A stretch of 64,000 nucleotides of DNA from Mayamaea pseudoterrestris (lineage: Eukaryota): assembly GCA_027923505.1 (NCBI GenBank), contig BROI01000016.1:310001-374000 (forward strand). Direction: 5' to 3'. Position 1 is the stretch's first letter, and each line of letters opens with the position of its first letter. Of this stretch, positions 21,200 to 32,841 are shown one piece after another. A program made the translations under genes and the position numbers. The notes under the pieces are model-generated. The model was not told where the DNA came from and made no database searches. It saw only the letters and a list, made by a program, of their open reading frames with translations.

Positions 21200-24100
21200 G
21201 ATTGATAGCTTGGCCAATGGTGGCATTGCTGGTAATTGATGGGGATGCCCAGCGGACCTGGTGGTGTGGTTTGGCGACATACAGGATACTTAGCTATGTG
21301 GAAGCTAGCATGTCTACTCCCAAAACTTGAAGGATTTGCATAACCACCAAGGTTGTAGAGGTTGATTGACCTTACCAAAACCTTTTTACAAGGTGGGAAT
21401 GCTTCAAATGACAGGGACGGTCAAAGTTTTGCGGGTGCTGCCGCTGCTGCTGCGGGACATACAGTCGCACGGAATACAGCATATCTACTCCTGTTTGGGC
21501 AGGAACACATGAGTTGTCCAACATTGTATGTGTCATAGTACCTCATGTATACCCTGTTGAAAGGTGGCAATGACTAAAAAGACAATCACAGCCATAGTTT
21601 GATTGGTTAGGATTCATAGACTGCACTGTTGTTCTATTTGGCCCATCTACTCCCACAGCTTTCCCAAAACTTGAGCTTGCCAGGTTTGTTTGTCTTTGTA
21701 GGCCTCATGGATAGCTTGGCCAATGGTGGCAATGTTGGTAATTGATGGGGATGCCCAGTGGACCTGGTGGTGTAGTGTGGTGACGTACAGGATACTTAGC
21801 TATGTGGAAGCAAGCATGTCTACTCCCAAATCTTGAAGGATTTGCATGACCGCCAAGGTTGTAGTGGATGATTGACTTTATAAAAAGCTTCTTGAAAGGT
21901 GGGAATGCTTCACATGATGGAGATGGCCAAAGTTTTGCGGGTGCTGCTGCTGCTGCTGTGTGACATACAGTCGCACAAAATACAGTATATCTATTCCTGT
22001 TTCGCCAGGAACACATAAATTGTCCAACATTGAGCTTGCCAGGTTTGTTTGGTTTTGTTTGCCTCATTGATAGCTTGGCCAATGGTGGCATTGCTGGTAA
22101 TTGATGGGGATGCCCAGCGGACCTGGTGGTGTGGTGTGGCGACATACAGGATACTTAGCTATGTGGAAGCTAGCATGTCTACTCCCAAAACTTGAAGGAT
22201 TTGCATAACCACCAAGGTTGTAGAGGTTGATTGACCTTACCAAAACCTTTTTACAAGGTGGGAATGCTTCAAATGACAGGGACGGTCAAAGTTTTGCGGG
22301 TGCTGCCGCTGCTGCTGCGGGACATACAGTCGCACGGAATACAGCATATCTACTCCTGTTTGGGCAGGAACACATGAGTTGTCCAACATTGTATGTGTCA
22401 TAGTACCTCATGTATACCCTGTTGAAAGGTGGCAATGACTAAAAAGACAATCACAGCCATAGTTTGATTGGTTAGGATTCATAGACTGCACTGTTGGTCA
22501 ATTTGAAATCCCATCTATCCCACACACCCAAACACCGATAAGGTGTGGCACATGAGTACCGTTTCATTTGCCAGCCTGTGACGGATGCCCAAAATGCAAC
22601 CGGCACGGCTTGAGTGTTGGCACATTTCAGGCAATTCTTGCGTTTATATGATGGCTTTAGTTGTCAAGGTACGGCATCTAGCGTTGCTTGTTTTTTGCAT
22701 CATGGGACGATATCGTTGCCGTCCTTCCTCATCTGCAGTTGCAGCCGCAATTTGAGTGCTATTCTCATCCTTCCAATAGTATGCACTTACACACCATCTG
22801 TTTACTTTATGCAAAATAGATTTACTTGAATCCATTAAATGGCGCTTGGGCATGACGTCGCAAAAGAAGGTGGCCAATGCAGGTCACTAAAGCTGTCGAA
22901 TGACTCCCAGCAGCCAGCCTGGCCTCATTTGTTACATCACTAGTCTACCCGTTGCAGCTGAGGAGGATTCGGCCAACAGTCAATCCGTTCAAATTGCAAT
23001 AAACAAGCCAACAAGCCGCCTAGGTCAAAAAAGTGTTTTGTTGATGTGGGCCCAATTGTACGTAGGTAGGAAAGGTGGCAATGACTAAAAAGACAATCAC
23101 AGCCATAGTTTGATTGGTTAGGATTCATAGACTGCACTGTTGTTCAATTTGACCCATCTACTCCCACAGCTTTCCAAAAACTTCAGCTTGGCAGTTGTGT
23201 CAGGGTTTGTTGGCCTCATGGATAGCTTGGTCGATGGTGGCAATGTTGATAATTGATGGGGATGCCCAGCGGACCTGGAGGTGTGGTGTGGTGACATACG
23301 GGATACTTAGCTATGTGGAAGCTAGCATGTCTACTCCCAAAACTTGAAGGATTTGCATAACCGCCAAGATTGTAGAGGTTGATTGACCTTACCAAAAGCT
23401 TTTTGAAAGGTGGGAATGCTTCAAATGACGGGGACGGCCAAAGTTTTGCGGGTGCTGCCGCTGCTGCTGCTGCTGCGGGACATACAGTCGCACGGAATAC
23501 AGCGTATCTACTCCTGTTTTGCCAGGAACACATAAGTTGTCCAACATTGTATGTGTCATAGTACCTCATGTATACCCTGTTGAAAGGTGGCAATGGCTAA
23601 AAAGACAGTCAGAGCCATAGTTTGATTGGTTTGGATTCATAGACTGCGCTGTTGTTCTATTTGGCCCATCTACTCCCACAGCTTTCCCAAAACTTGAGCT
23701 TGCCAGGTTTGTTTGTCTTTGTAGGCCTCATGGATAGCTTGGCCGATGGTGGCAATGTTGGTAATTGATGGGGATGCCCAGCGGACCTGGTGGTGTAGTG
23801 TGGTGACATACGGGATACTTAGCTATGTGGAAACTAGCATGTCTATTCCCAAAAACTTGAAGGATTTGCATGACCCCCAAGGTTGTAAAGGTTGATTAAC
23901 CTTACCAAAAACTTAATGAAAGATTGGCATGCTTCAAATGATTGAGATGGCCAAAGATTTGCGGGTGCTGCCACTGCTGCTGTGTGACATACAGTCGCAC
24001 AAAATACAGTATATCTACTCCTGTTTTGCCAGGAACACATGAGTTGTCCAACATTGAATGAGTCATAGTTGCTCACGTATATCTTGTTGAAAGGTGGCAT

Positions 24101-26750
24101 TTGCTAAAATGACAGTCAGAGCCATAGTTTGATTGGTTTGGATTCATAGACTGCGCTGTTGTTCTATTTGGCCCATCTACTCCCACAGCTTTCCCAAAAC
24201 TTGAGCTTGCCAGGTTTGTTTGGTTTTGTTGGCCTCATTGATAGCTTGGCCAATGGTGGCAATGTTGGTAATTGATGGGGATGCCCAGCGGACCTGGTGG
24301 TGTGATGTGGCGACATACGGGATACTTAGCTATGTGGAAGCTAGCATGTCTACTCACAAAACTTAAAGGATTTGCATAACCGCCAAGGTTGTAGAGGTTG
24401 ATTGACCTTACCAAAAGCTTTTTGAAAGGTGGGAATGCTTCATATGACGGGGATGGCCTAAGTTCTGTGGGTGCTGCCGCTGCTGCTGCGGGACATACAA
24501 TTGCACAAAATACAGCGTATCTACTCCTGTTTTGCCAGGAACACATAAGTTGTCCAACATTGTATGTGTCATAGTACCTCATGTATACCCTGTTGAAAGG
24601 TGGCAATTTGCTAAAAAGACAATCACAGCCATACTTTGATTGGTTCGGATTCATAGACTGCGCTGTTGTTCTATTTGGCCCATCTACTCCCACAGCTTTC
24701 CCAAAACTTGAGCTTGCCAGGTTTGTTTGTCTTTGTAGGCCTCATGGATAGCTTGGCCAATGGTGGCAATGTTGGTAATTGATGGGGATGCCCAGCGGAC
24801 CTGGTGGTGTAGTGTGGTGACGTACGGGATACTTAGCTATGTGGAAGCAAGCATGTCTACTCCCAAATCTTGAAGGATTTGCATGACCGCCAAGGTTGTA
24901 GTGGATGATTGACTTTATAAAAAGCTTTTTGAAAGGTGGGAATGCTTCACATGATGGGGATGGCCAAAGTTTTGCGGGTGCTGCCGCTGCTGCTGTGTGA
25001 CATACAGTCGCACAAGATACAGTATATCTATTCCTGTTTCGCCAGGAACACATAAGTTGTCCAACATTGCATGTGTCATAGTACCTCATGTATACCCTGT
25101 TGAAAGGTGGCAATGGCTAAAATGACAGTCAGAGCCTTAGTTTGATTGGTTTGGATTCATAGACTGCGCTGTCGTTCTATTTGGCCCATCTACTCCCACA
25201 GCTTTCCCAAAACTTGAGCTTGCCAGGTTTTTTTGGTTTTGTAGGCCTCATTGATAGCTTGGCCAATGGTGGCAATGTTGGTAATTGATGGGGATGCCCA
25301 GCGGACCTGGTGGTGTGATGTGGCGACATACGGGATACTTAGCTATGTGGAAGCTAGCATGTCTACTCACAAAACTTAAAGGATTTGCATAACCGCCAAG
25401 GTTGTAGAGCTTTTTTAAAGGTGGGAATGCTTCAAATGATGGGGACGGCCTAAGTTCTGTGGGTGCTGCCGCTGCTGCTGTGGGACATGCGGTCGCACAA
25501 AATACAGCGTATCTACTCCTGTTTCGCCAGGAACACATAAGTTGTCCAACATTGTATGTGTCATAGTACCTCATGTATACCCTGTTGAAAGGTGGCAATG
25601 GCTAAAATGACAGTCAGAGCCTTAGTTTGATTGGTTTGGATTCATAGACTGCGCTGTTGTTCTATTTGGCCCATCTACTCCCACAGCTTTCCCAAAACTT
25701 GAGCTTGCCAGGTTTGTTTGGTTTTGTTGGCCTCATTGATAGCTTGGCCAATGGTGGCAATGTTGGTAATTGATGGGGATGCCCAGCGGACCTGGTGGTG
25801 TGATGTGGCGACATACGGGATACTTAGCTATGTGGAAGCTAGCATGTCTACTCACAAAACTTAAAGGATTTGCATAACCGCCAAGGTTGTAGAGGTTGAT
25901 TGACCTTACCAAAAGCTTTTTGAAAGGTGGGAATGCTTCAAATGATGGGGACGGCCTAAGTTCTGTGGGTGCTGCCGCTGCTGCTGCGGGACATACGGTC
26001 GCACAAAATACAGCATATCTACTCCTGTTTCGCCAGGAACACATAAGTTGTCCAACATTGTATGTGTCATAGTACCTCATGTATACCCTGTTGAAAGGTG
26101 GCAATGGCTAAAAAGACAATCACAGCCATAGTTTGATTGGTTCGGATTCATAGACTGCGCTGTTGTTCTATTTGGCCCATCTACTCCCACAGCTTTCCCA
26201 AAACTTGAGCTTGCCAGGTTTGTTTGTCTTTGTAGGCCTCATGGATAGCTTGGCCAATGGTGGCAATGTTGGTAATTGATGGGGATGCCCAGCGGACCTG
26301 GTGGTGTAGTGTGGTGACGAAATGTCTACTCCAAATCTTGAAGATAAGATGCTTAGGCAGATGACGGTTGTGGGAGGCTGGTGGTGCTAGAGCATGTCTA
26401 CTCCCAAATCTTGAAGGATTTGCATGACCGCCAAGGTTGTAGAGGTTGATTGACCTTACCAAAAGCTTTTTGAAAGGTGGGAATGCTTCAAATGATGGGG
26501 ATGGCCTAAGTTCTGTGGGTGCTGCCGCTGCTGCTGCGGGACATACGGTCGCACAAGATACAGTATATCTACTCCTATTTTGCCAGGAACACATAATTTG
26601 TCCAACATTGTATGTGTCATAGTACCTCATGTATACCCTGTGGAAAGGTGGCAATGGCTAAAAAGACAGAGTTGGTTTGGGTGACATACGGGATACTCAG
26701 CTAAGCGGAAGCAAGCATGTCTACTCCCAAATCTTGAAGGATTTGCATAA
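21200..26750. repeat. Satellite B: ~506 bp monomer, about 10 copies, interrupted at ~22525-23069
   Basis: The ctcat.gatagcttgg anchor recurs at 21704, 23215, 23727, 24234, 24741, 25247, 25732 and 26238. Confidence 0.95.
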
Positions 26751-27265
26751 CTTATGGAATCATACTACTACAATGCCCCGTGCCCTGATCACCCAACAAC
26801 CCAATGAGTCATGCAAAACATGTCCAGGGTGTGCCATTGACATGAGGATGGTCTGGCATGGTGCAAAACGGACTGCCTTGAGGCCTACAGCATGGAATGA
26901 TCTGCAAGATGGGTGTGGCCAACACCCCAAATTATGGAACCATACCACTACAATGCCCCATGCCCTGGCCAACCAACAACCCAAGGAGTCAGGCAAAACA
27001 TGTCCAGGGTGTGCCATTGACATGAGGATGGTCTGAAATGGTGCAAAAGAGACTGCCTGAGGCCTACACTTCTGCAAATTGGGTGGCCAACACCCAAATT
27101 ATGGAATCGTACCACTACAATGCCCCATGCCCTGATAACCCAACAACCCAATGAGTCATGCAAAACATGTCCAGGGTAGGCCATTGACAAGAGGATGTTC
27201 TGACATGGTGCAAAACGGACTGCCTGGAGGCCTACAGCATGGAATGGTCTGCAAGATGGGGGGGC
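26751..27265. repeat. Satellite C, first block (about 3 monomers)
   Basis: ttatggaa recurs at 26752, 26932 and 27099. Confidence 0.9.
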
Positions 27266-27269
27266 AAAA

Positions 27270-28805
27270 AAAGTGACAAGTTGTCACCAAATACATTACA
27301 TCCCCTGAGAAGCAAGCACCATCTTGTAGCGCATCCTGAATGATGAGCTGTTGGCACTATTCTGGTGTATTTTAGTTTACAAGGTGGGGTGGACAGTTGG
27401 GGCACGCGGGGTTTGATGTCATGGATTGGGCTGAGACTGGTGACAAGTTGTCACCAAATACATTGCCATGCCTGAGACACGAGCAAGCTACCATCTGTAG
27501 CGCAGCTGAATGAGGATGTTGGCATTTGGTTCAAGTTGTGTAGGGCGTTTTGAATGTCATGGATCGGAGTGACAAGTTGTCACCAAATACACAAGCCATG
27601 CCCGAGACACCAGCCAAGCCTACCATCTTGTAGCGCAGCCTGAATAAGGATGTTGGCAATCATCGGTAGAATTTTAGGCACCTACAGGGCTTTGCTGTAG
27701 GGGCATTTGAATACGATCGGGGGAGGAGACTGTGACACGTTGTCACCAATAAACCGAGACAACCACGAGCGCAGCTGAATATGATGGTGGCACCATTCTG
27801 GTGTGCATTTGCACCTACAGGGCTTTCTGTGGATTTGAATGTCACGGCATCGCGGGCTGAGATGAGACAAGTTGTCACCAAAGGGCCATCCCTGCGACAC
27901 CAGCCAAGCTACCATCTTGTAGCAGTCGAATAAGGATGTTGGCACCATTCTGGTGTTTTTGGGGCGTGGAGGAGTACAAGTACAATAATTGCCATGCCTG
28001 AGACACGAAATCCAACATTTAGGCGCAGCTCGAAATAAAGAAAGGGGGTTTTGTCATGGTGTTTGTCTGAGAGTGATAAGTTGTAAATACCACCTGAGAC
28101 ACCAGCCAAGCCTACCATCTTAGAAGTAAGCCTGAGCAATGATGTTGGCACCAAGTCGTACAATAATAAATACAATAAGAATACACACACATGTATAAAT
28201 ACAAATAATAGCAATAATGGGTTCTAGGTTGCAGGGCGTTGAATGTCACCACATCTGAGACTGGTGACAAGTTGTCACCAATGCCCTGAGATGCCCAGCG
28301 TCTTGTAGCGCAGCTGGAATATTGATGGTGGCAATCATTCTGGTGTTTGGGCACCTACAGTGGTCAGCTGAAGTTGAGCCACGATCTGCTGGCTGGAGAC
28401 TAAGGAGCAAGTTGTCACCAAATGCATTAAGAACTCTGAGACACCAGCCATGCCTACCATTTTGTAGCGCTGCCTGAAGAATGATGGTGGCACCATTGTG
28501 GTATATTTTGGGCACCTACAGGGCTTGCTGTAGGGACGTTTGAATGCCATGGCATCTGAGCTGACAAGTTGTCACGAATACATTGCCATCCCCTGAGATT
28601 ACCAGCAAGCTAACATTAGGCAGCCGAATATGATTCTGCGTATTTTGGGCACTACAGGGCTTGCCAGGGGCGTTTGAATGTCACGGTTCGGCGAGACTGG
28701 TGACAAGTTGCAAACATTGCCATCCCCGAGACACCAGCCAACTACCATCTTGTAGCGCAGCTCGAATAATGATGCTGGCAACATTCTTTTGGGCACCTAC
28801 AACAC
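27270..28805. repeat. Satellite D: ~130-200 bp noisy monomers with the palindrome TGGTGACAAGTTGTCACCA
   Basis: About 10 recurrences of gtgacaagttgtcacc and ctaccatcttgtagcgcagc. Confidence 0.85.
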
Positions 28806-28809
28806 TATC

Positions 28810-31800
28810 TGATGGTGTGGGCCAACACCCCAAATTATGGAATCATACTACTACAAATGCCCCATCCCCTGATCACCCAACAACCCAATGAGTCATGCAA
28901 AACATGTCCAGGGTGTGCCATTGACATGAGGATGGTCTGACATGGTACAAAACGGACTGCCTGGAGGCCTACAGCATGGAATGGTCTACAAGATAGGTGT
29001 GGCCAACACACCCAAATTATGGAATCACCTACTTTCACAATGCCCCATGCCCTGGCCCCCCAACAACCCAATGACGTCAGGCAAAAACTACATTCCAGGG
29101 TGTGCCATGTGACATGAGGGGATGGGCTGAAATGGTTACCAAACGGACTGCCTGGAGGCCTACACCATCACCAAAATGGGTGTGGCCAACACCCCAAATT
29201 TTATGGAATCCCATCACAACTTACTGACCCCCCGTCCCCTGATCACCCAACAACCCAATGAGTCATTCAAAAACATCTTCCGGGGTGTGCCATTGACACG
29301 AGGATGGTCTGACATTGTACAATACGGACTGCCTGAGAGGCCTACAGCATGGAATAAGTCCACAAAGATGGGTGTGGCCAACACCAAATTATGGAATCAC
29401 ACCACTACAAATGCCCCATGCCCTGGCCACCCAACAACCCAATGAGTCAGGCAAAACATGTCCAGGGTGTGCCATTGACATGAGGATGGGGCTGGAAATG
29501 GTGCAAAACGGACTGCCCGGAGGCCTACACCATCTGCAAAATGGGTGTGGCCAACACCCCAAATTATGGAATCATACCACTACAATGCGTCCCTGATCAC
29601 CCAACAACCAATGAGTCATGCAAAACATGTCCAGGTGTGCATTGACATGAGGATGGGTCTGGGTACAAAACGGACTGCCTGCAGGCCTACAGCATGGAAT
29701 GGTCTACAAGATGGTTGTGGCCACACCCCCAAATTTTAATCACAAGAGTTGTGCCATAACATGGTGTGGCCAACACCCCAAATTATGGAATCATACCACT
29801 ACAATGCCCCCATGCCCCGATTCAACAACAACCCAATGAGTCATGCAAAAACATGTCCAGGGTGTGCCATTGACATGAGGATGGTCTGACATGGTGCAAA
29901 ACGGACTGCCTGGAGGCCTACACCATGGTGTCTGCAAATGGGTGTGGCCAAACCAAATTATGGAATCATACAATTACAATTGATCACCCAACAACCAATG
30001 AGTCAGTGCAAACATGTCCAGGGTGCGGACAGGCGAATGCTGACAAAAGAGGTGTATGAAAAGAATAAACCCTGACCTGCCCCCGTCACCCAACAACCAA
30101 TGAGTCAGCAAAATATGTGGGTGTGATGAAGAGCTAGTGAAAAGGAGGAGGCTACACTCTCAAAAATGGGTGTAGCTAACACAAATTAAGTGGAATCATA
30201 CCATCACAATGCCCTGCCCCTGATCACCGTAACAACATGTGTCAGGGAAAACACATTATATGTCTAATGGTACAAAACGGACTGCCTGGAGGCCTACAGA
30301 TGGAATGGTTCACAGAGTTGGCCTACACTCCAAAATTATGGAATCATACCACATGCCCCATGTAACAAAATCAATGAGAAAAATGTCCAGGGTGTGCTGA
30401 GGATGGAGAAATGGTAAAAAACACCGCAAAGGCAAACCCAATGGAATCACACAAAATGTCACCAACAACCAATGAGTCATGCAAAAACATGTCAGGGTGA
30501 CATGAGGATGGTCTGACAGCACAAACGGACTGTCTGAGGAATAAAAGTGTGTGGCCAACACCAATGGAATCAACCAAAACTCCCGATCACCCAACAACCC
30601 AAATGTGATGAATAGGGATGGTCTGACATTAAAGATAAGTAGGGTGTGGCAAACCCCAAATATGGAATCATACCACTACAATGCCCCATGCCCTGCCACC
30701 CAACAAACCCAATGAGTCAGTGTGGGGGACATGAGGATGGGCTGAATTGGTGCAAAACGGACTGCCTGGAGGACTTTGCAAAGTGTAAAATTATGGAATC
30801 ATACCAATTATAATAATGCCCCTGCCTCTGATCACTCCAACAACCCAATGAGTCAAAGTAAAACATGTCCAGGGTGTGCCATTGACATGAGGATGGTCTG
30901 ACATGGTATAAAACGGATCGCCTGGAGGCCTACAGCATGGAATGGTCTACAAGATGGGTGTGTGGCCATTATGGAATCATACAAAATGCCATGCTGGCCA
31001 CCAAACAAAACTCCAATGAGTCAGGCAAAAATGTCCAGGGTGTGCCATTGACATGAGGATGGGCTGAATGGTGAAACGGACTGCCTGAGGCCTACACTAT
31101 CTGCAATGTGGCCAACACTCCCAAATTATGGAATTCACCACTACTAATGCTCGCTGCTCTCCGCCTAACAACCCAATGAGTCAAGGCAACAGTGTCGTGT
31201 GCTGGCTAGGATGGTCTGATTACAAAAGGAATGCTGGAGGCCTACAGCATGGAATGAACACAAGATGGGTGTGGCTGGCCCAAATTCATGGAATCATACC
31301 ACTACAATGCTCCCATGCCCTGGCCACAAAAAACGAATCAGACAAAACATGTCCAGGGTGCCACTGGACAGAGGATGGGAGTGCGCCTACACACCATCGT
31401 GCAAAATGGGTGTGGCCAATGGACCTCAAATTATGGAATTATACCACTACAATGCCCATCCCTGATCACCCAACAACCCAATGAATAAAAACAGATGTCC
31501 AGGATGTGCCATTGACATGAGTGATGGTCTCACATGGCAAAAACGGACTGCCTGGAGGCCTACAGCATGGAATGGTCTACAAAAAGGTTGGCCAACACCA
31601 AATTATGGAATCTGGCAATACTTGCAATGCCCCATGCCCTAACCCAACAACCAATGAGTCAGGCAAAATGTCCAGGGTGTGCCACTGACAGTGAGTGATG
31701 GGCCGATGGTGCAAAACGGACTGCCCGGGAGGCTCACACCATCTGCAAATGGGTTGTTTGTCACCCCAAATAGTGGAATCATACCACTACAATACTCGTT

Positions 31801-32841
31801 CTGATCACCCAACAACCCAATGAGTCATGCAACATGTTCAGGGGTGTAATATTGACATGAGGATGGTCTGACATGGCACAAAACAGACTGCCTAACAGCC
31901 TACAGCATGGAATGGTACAGAGGGTGTGGCTAACACCCTAAATTATGGATTCCATACCACTACAATGCCTCATGCCCTGGCTACACAACAACCCAATGAA
32001 GGAAACATGTCCAGGGTGGTGTGGCATTGACATGAGGATGGGCTGAAATGGTGCAAACGGACTGCTGGGCCTACACCATTCGCAAAACGGTGGTGTACAA
32101 CACCCCAATTATGGAATCATACCACTACAATGCCTCGCTTCCTGATCACCCAACAACCCAATGAGTCATGCAAAACATGTCCAGGAGTGCTACTGACACG
32201 AGGATGGTTCGGACATGTACAATGGACTGCCTGGAGGCCTACAGCATGGAATGGTCTACAAGATGGGTGTGGCCAACACCCCAAATTAGAATCACTGGCA
32301 ACAAAACCAATGAGTCAGGAAAATGTCCGTGTGCCATTACATAGGATGGGCTGAAATGGTGCAAAACGGACTGCCTGGAGGCCTACACTATCTGCAAAAT
32401 GGGTGTGGCCAACACCCCAAATTATGGAATATACCACTACAATGCTCCCTTCCCTGATCACCCAACAACCCAATGAGTCATGCAAAACATGTCCAGGGTG
32501 TGCCATTGACATGAGGATGGTCTGGACATGGTACAAAAACGGATCGCCTGGAGGCCTACAGCATGGAATGGAGCCCCACAAGATGGGTGGGCCAACACCC
32601 CAAATTAAATCATACCACACATGTTCTGGCTACAATTAACAACTCAATGAGTCAGGCCAAATGTCCAGGGTGTGCCATTGACAGGAGGGATGGGCTGAAA
32701 TGGTGCAAAACGACACTGGGAGGCCTACACCATCTGCAAAATGGGTAGCTACCCTCAAATTATGAATTCATACCACTACAATGATCATCAAAAAGTGCAA
32801 AAATGATGTCCGTGTGCCATTACATAGGATGGTCTGACATG
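28810..32841. repeat. Satellite C main block: alternating ~180/~168 bp monomers, over 20 copies
   Basis: Recurring aattatggaatcataccactacaatgcccc...caatgagtca...gtccagggtgtgccattgacatgaggatgg, with two alternating variants. Confidence 0.92.

Noticed and set aside
21184..26654. Repeated ORFs MPPFNRVYMRYY... as a gene family
   Set aside because: Non-ATG starts, variable stops and indels, unit length usually not a multiple of 3; by-products of satellite B.
19365..32841. CRISPR-like array
   Set aside because: Whole monomers repeat with no unique spacers, no cas genes are present, and the context is eukaryotic.
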